IMG/VR virus record: IMGVR_UViG_3300034157_000066
Source: a virus
Lineage: Duplodnaviria; Heunggongvirae; Uroviricota; Caudoviricetes
Reading direction: 5' to 3' (one strand)
Length of the DNA stretch: 64,000 nucleotides
Shown: positions 62,181 to 64,000 of the stretch, piece by piece
Numbering within the stretch: position 1 is the stretch's first letter
Layout: the number at the start of each line of letters is the position of its first letter
Notes under the pieces: generated by a model
Told to the model about the DNA's origin: nothing
What the model saw: the letters and a program-made list of their open reading frames with translations, nothing else
Databases searched by the model: none
Translations under genes and position numbers: made by a program

Positions 62181-62387
62181 ATGAAAATTATTCAAACAAT
62201 CAAAAATTTCTTCATTGAACTTAATCGTGTTTCCACCCACAACATCGCTTACGAAGCTTTGGAGCATATCAGAAAGCACAAAGAAATCATGGCTAACGGC
62301 ACACCAGAAGAAAAGAAAGCAGCTCGCTTGAAAAAGCGAGTTGAAACCAAGGCACGACTCAAATGTTATCGCAATATGAGTGCTTAA
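62181..62387 (+). CDS. hypothetical basic protein (68 aa)
   Basis: Promoter ttgaTATAAT ~62139-62148, RBS ttGGTGAtttATG; preceded by terminator aaagagatcttctgatctctttttt. Confidence 0.55.
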   Translation: MKIIQTIKNFFIELNRVSTHNIAYEALEHIRKHKEIMANGTPEEKKAARLKKRVETKARLKCYRNMSA

Positions 62388-62462
62388 ATTTAAAAAACAT
62401 TGATAATGTGTTCATTTTTTGATATAATGGACACCTTCCCAAACAGAATAAGGTAACAGAAA

Positions 62463-62630
62463 ATGAAAGAAGTATGCAAAGAAGATGGTGTAATGTCCCC
62501 AGACTTCATGGCGGCAGTGGCGGCTGGTGCAGAAGTTCAAATCAATACTGAAACAGTTGTGGGTTGGATTACTGTTTCCGGTTCTGATCTGGAATTCCGT
62601 AATAGCCTCGAATATCGCATTAAACCATAA
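62463..62630 (+). CDS. hypothetical protein (55 aa), not in ORF track
   Basis: Promoter ttgaTATAAT ~62420-62429, RBS aAAGGTaacagaaaATG. Confidence 0.45.
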   Translation: MKEVCKEDGVMSPDFMAAVAAGAEVQINTETVVGWITVSGSDLEFRNSLEYRIKP

Positions 62631-62655
62631 TCAATAACGGTTGAGGCAAAAAAAA

Positions 62656-62865
62656 ATGATCTCAGTAAATGACAAAGTGGCAATAGGAAAAAATTCATCT
62701 TGCCTTGTTATTGGTCAAATTTGTAAAATCATTCGTGTAACGGATATCCATAGTGGATCTTTGCTTTATACCGTTGAAGGTATATGTGTTGATGATGACA
62801 ATCCACCACATTACACCCGCACCTATGTATCTAGGTGCGAAATAACCAAAATAATTGGTGACTAG
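62656..62865 (+). CDS. hypothetical protein (69 aa)
   Basis: RBS ttGAGGcaaaaaaaaATG; terminator-like hairpin ~62920-62945. Confidence 0.5.
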   Translation: MISVNDKVAIGKNSSCLVIGQICKIIRVTDIHSGSLLYTVEGICVDDDNPPHYTRTYVSRCEITKIIGD

Positions 62866-63013
62866 TTATTTAGTCCGCAATTTGTGATTGCATGTTTTCA
62901 TTCATGCAATCCAACACCAAACCTGCAGAGATGCGGGTTTTTTATTGTCAAAACATAGCTTTTCGATCACCGATGTGGTATAATCAACTTTCAAAACCAA
63001 TCGAGACATTCTC

Positions 63014-63457
63014 ATGAAAAAAGTACCAGCATCTACCCTCCTGACAGCTCTCAACAATACGAGTGAATATTCTTACCCGGATATCATTCCCATTATTCAA
63101 GAAATTAAGAATGCACGGAGTCAAATTGGTGAGAAGCAACTGATTATTGAGATTAATACTGATGACGATTTTTTTGTCAATGGTGAATACTCTTACAGAG
63201 GCGTTTTTCCTATTGGCAATAGTTTTGTTTGTCAGGTTTACCTTAACGCCATCAATGGACTTACTTTCAGCCCGTTGAAAGGTAAAGAATATAAGTTGGA
63301 GCGTTTTCTTGAATTTATCCGTCAACTTTCGGTTATTTCAGACCTTGAGCAATCAGGCCGTGCTGAAACGGGTGGTAATCAAACACTTGAAGCCTACGTT
63401 CATACTCCTTCCAAAGTAATCCACTTTGGTTCTGTTGTCATTGACTTGGAAGCATAA
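63014..63457 (+). CDS. hypothetical protein (147 aa)
   Basis: Promoter gtggTATAAT ~62975-62984. Confidence 0.55.
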   Translation: MKKVPASTLLTALNNTSEYSYPDIIPIIQEIKNARSQIGEKQLIIEINTDDDFFVNGEYSYRGVFPIGNSFVCQVYLNAINGLTFSPLKGKEYKLERFLEFIRQLSVISDLEQSGRAETGGNQTLEAYVHTPSKVIHFGSVVIDLEA

Positions 63458-63482
63458 CGTCAATAATTAATAGGTGATTTTA

Positions 63483-63695
63483 ATGACTATTCCACTTTTT
63501 TCATACTTTCATGCCGAAACGGGTATTCTAACCACTCAGCAAGCCCCTTACATTGAGGATGGCTGGTATATTGAATCGCATCCTGACGGTCAGTTCAAGG
63601 TGTTTGAAATTCCACAGTATGGCGGTGGAAGCTGCGAACAAGGGGAATTCACTTCGTTTCAACTGGCTTATGAATTTGCCTTGGCGTTGACTTAA
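63483..63695 (+). CDS. hypothetical protein (70 aa)
   Basis: RBS tAGGTGAttttaATG; track ORF 63474 trimmed. Confidence 0.55.
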   Translation: MTIPLFSYFHAETGILTTQQAPYIEDGWYIESHPDGQFKVFEIPQYGGGSCEQGEFTSFQLAYEFALALT

Positions 63696-63940
63696 ATTTA
63701 ATTGAAAGGTCTTGCTTTTTTCATGACCTTTTGTTATAGTTATTAAGTCGGCCTTTGAGCCATGTTCCACGGTGTAGGCGTTCTCCTATGACTCAACATT
63801 GACGAGTGTTGTTTAGTTTCCCTTTGAGGCAGTTAGAAGACGGTTTTGACTACACAGAAAGAGATCTTCGGATCTCTTTTTTTGTTGGTCATTTTTAATT
63901 TTTATGGTATAATCATGACCTATCTTAAAGGATTAGAACC

Positions 63941-64000
63941 ATGTCCAGTATTGCTAATTTTGTCGATTTCGGTTGTGACAAACTGAATGCACTGGCGTTG
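63941..64000 (+). CDS. 5' end of a gene running off the window (partial)
   Basis: Promoter tggTATAAT ~63906-63914, RBS aaAGGAttagaaccATG; preceded by terminator aaagagatcttcggatctcttttttt. Confidence 0.45.
   Translation, partial: MSSIANFVDFGCDKLNALAL

Noticed and set aside
1-64000. CRISPR arrays, integrase, transposase/IS elements, attachment-site-like direct repeats
   Set aside because: No short regularly spaced direct repeats and no recombinase-like ORFs. The repeats present are whole-gene tandem duplications.

Overview
This window looks like a dense, almost entirely plus-strand block of about 120 small genes from a large virulent tailed phage. The architecture resembles T4-like or T5-like early/accessory regions and is AT-rich, roughly 35-40% GC by eye. 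No replication, structural, integrase, transposase or CRISPR content is visible.

Nearly every gene is its own mini-cistron. Each has a sigma70-like promoter with an extended -10 (TGnTATAAT), often preceded by a conserved AAAATGTTGTTTTTGA -35/UP box. Each has a Shine-Dalgarno (very often AAGGATAC or GGAG) and a GC hairpin plus T-run terminator, frequently with a CUUCGG tetraloop.

Products recognised from sequence:
- two tandem T4 Rnl1-family RNA ligases, 373 aa each, both with the KxDG adenylation motif
- an oligoribonuclease (Orn, DEDDh family)
- a Nudix hydrolase
- a 2H-phosphoesterase-like protein (HxS/HxT motifs), possibly Acb1-like
- two HNH endonucleases
- a GNAT-like acetyltransferase
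- an SPFH/band-7-like lipoprotein
- a secreted pentapeptide-repeat protein
- several small lipoproteins, including a tandem paralogous pair

RNA genes:
- tRNA-Leu(UAA) with CCA encoded
- tRNA with a CAT anticodon (Met or Ile2)
- a tRNA-like element with a non-canonical anticodon arm
- two promoter-driven, GC-richer non-coding stretches that are candidate structured RNAs

The most unusual content, by my reading:
- a family of at least seven signal-peptide proteins sharing a conserved mature N-terminus (A-E/G/S/D-Y-x-I/V-x-F/I-P), a ~50-aa Cys-containing repeat and/or a Cys-bounded aromatic C-terminal domain, mostly encoded as lone minus-strand units
- three copies of a 43-44 aa very basic MQGSFGDA-ERFRGGKK protein, one co-transcribed with the tRNA-like element and one behind a conserved hairpin leader shared with an unrelated lipoprotein gene
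- extensive tandem gene duplication: a triplicated 117-121 aa gene, several duplicated pairs, and a four-member ~215 aa family
- a cluster of nucleotide/RNA-processing enzymes (Rnl1 x2, Orn, 2H, Nudix) with possible RNA-repair or anti-defence roles

All functional calls are from motif-level recognition by eye; no database search was possible.
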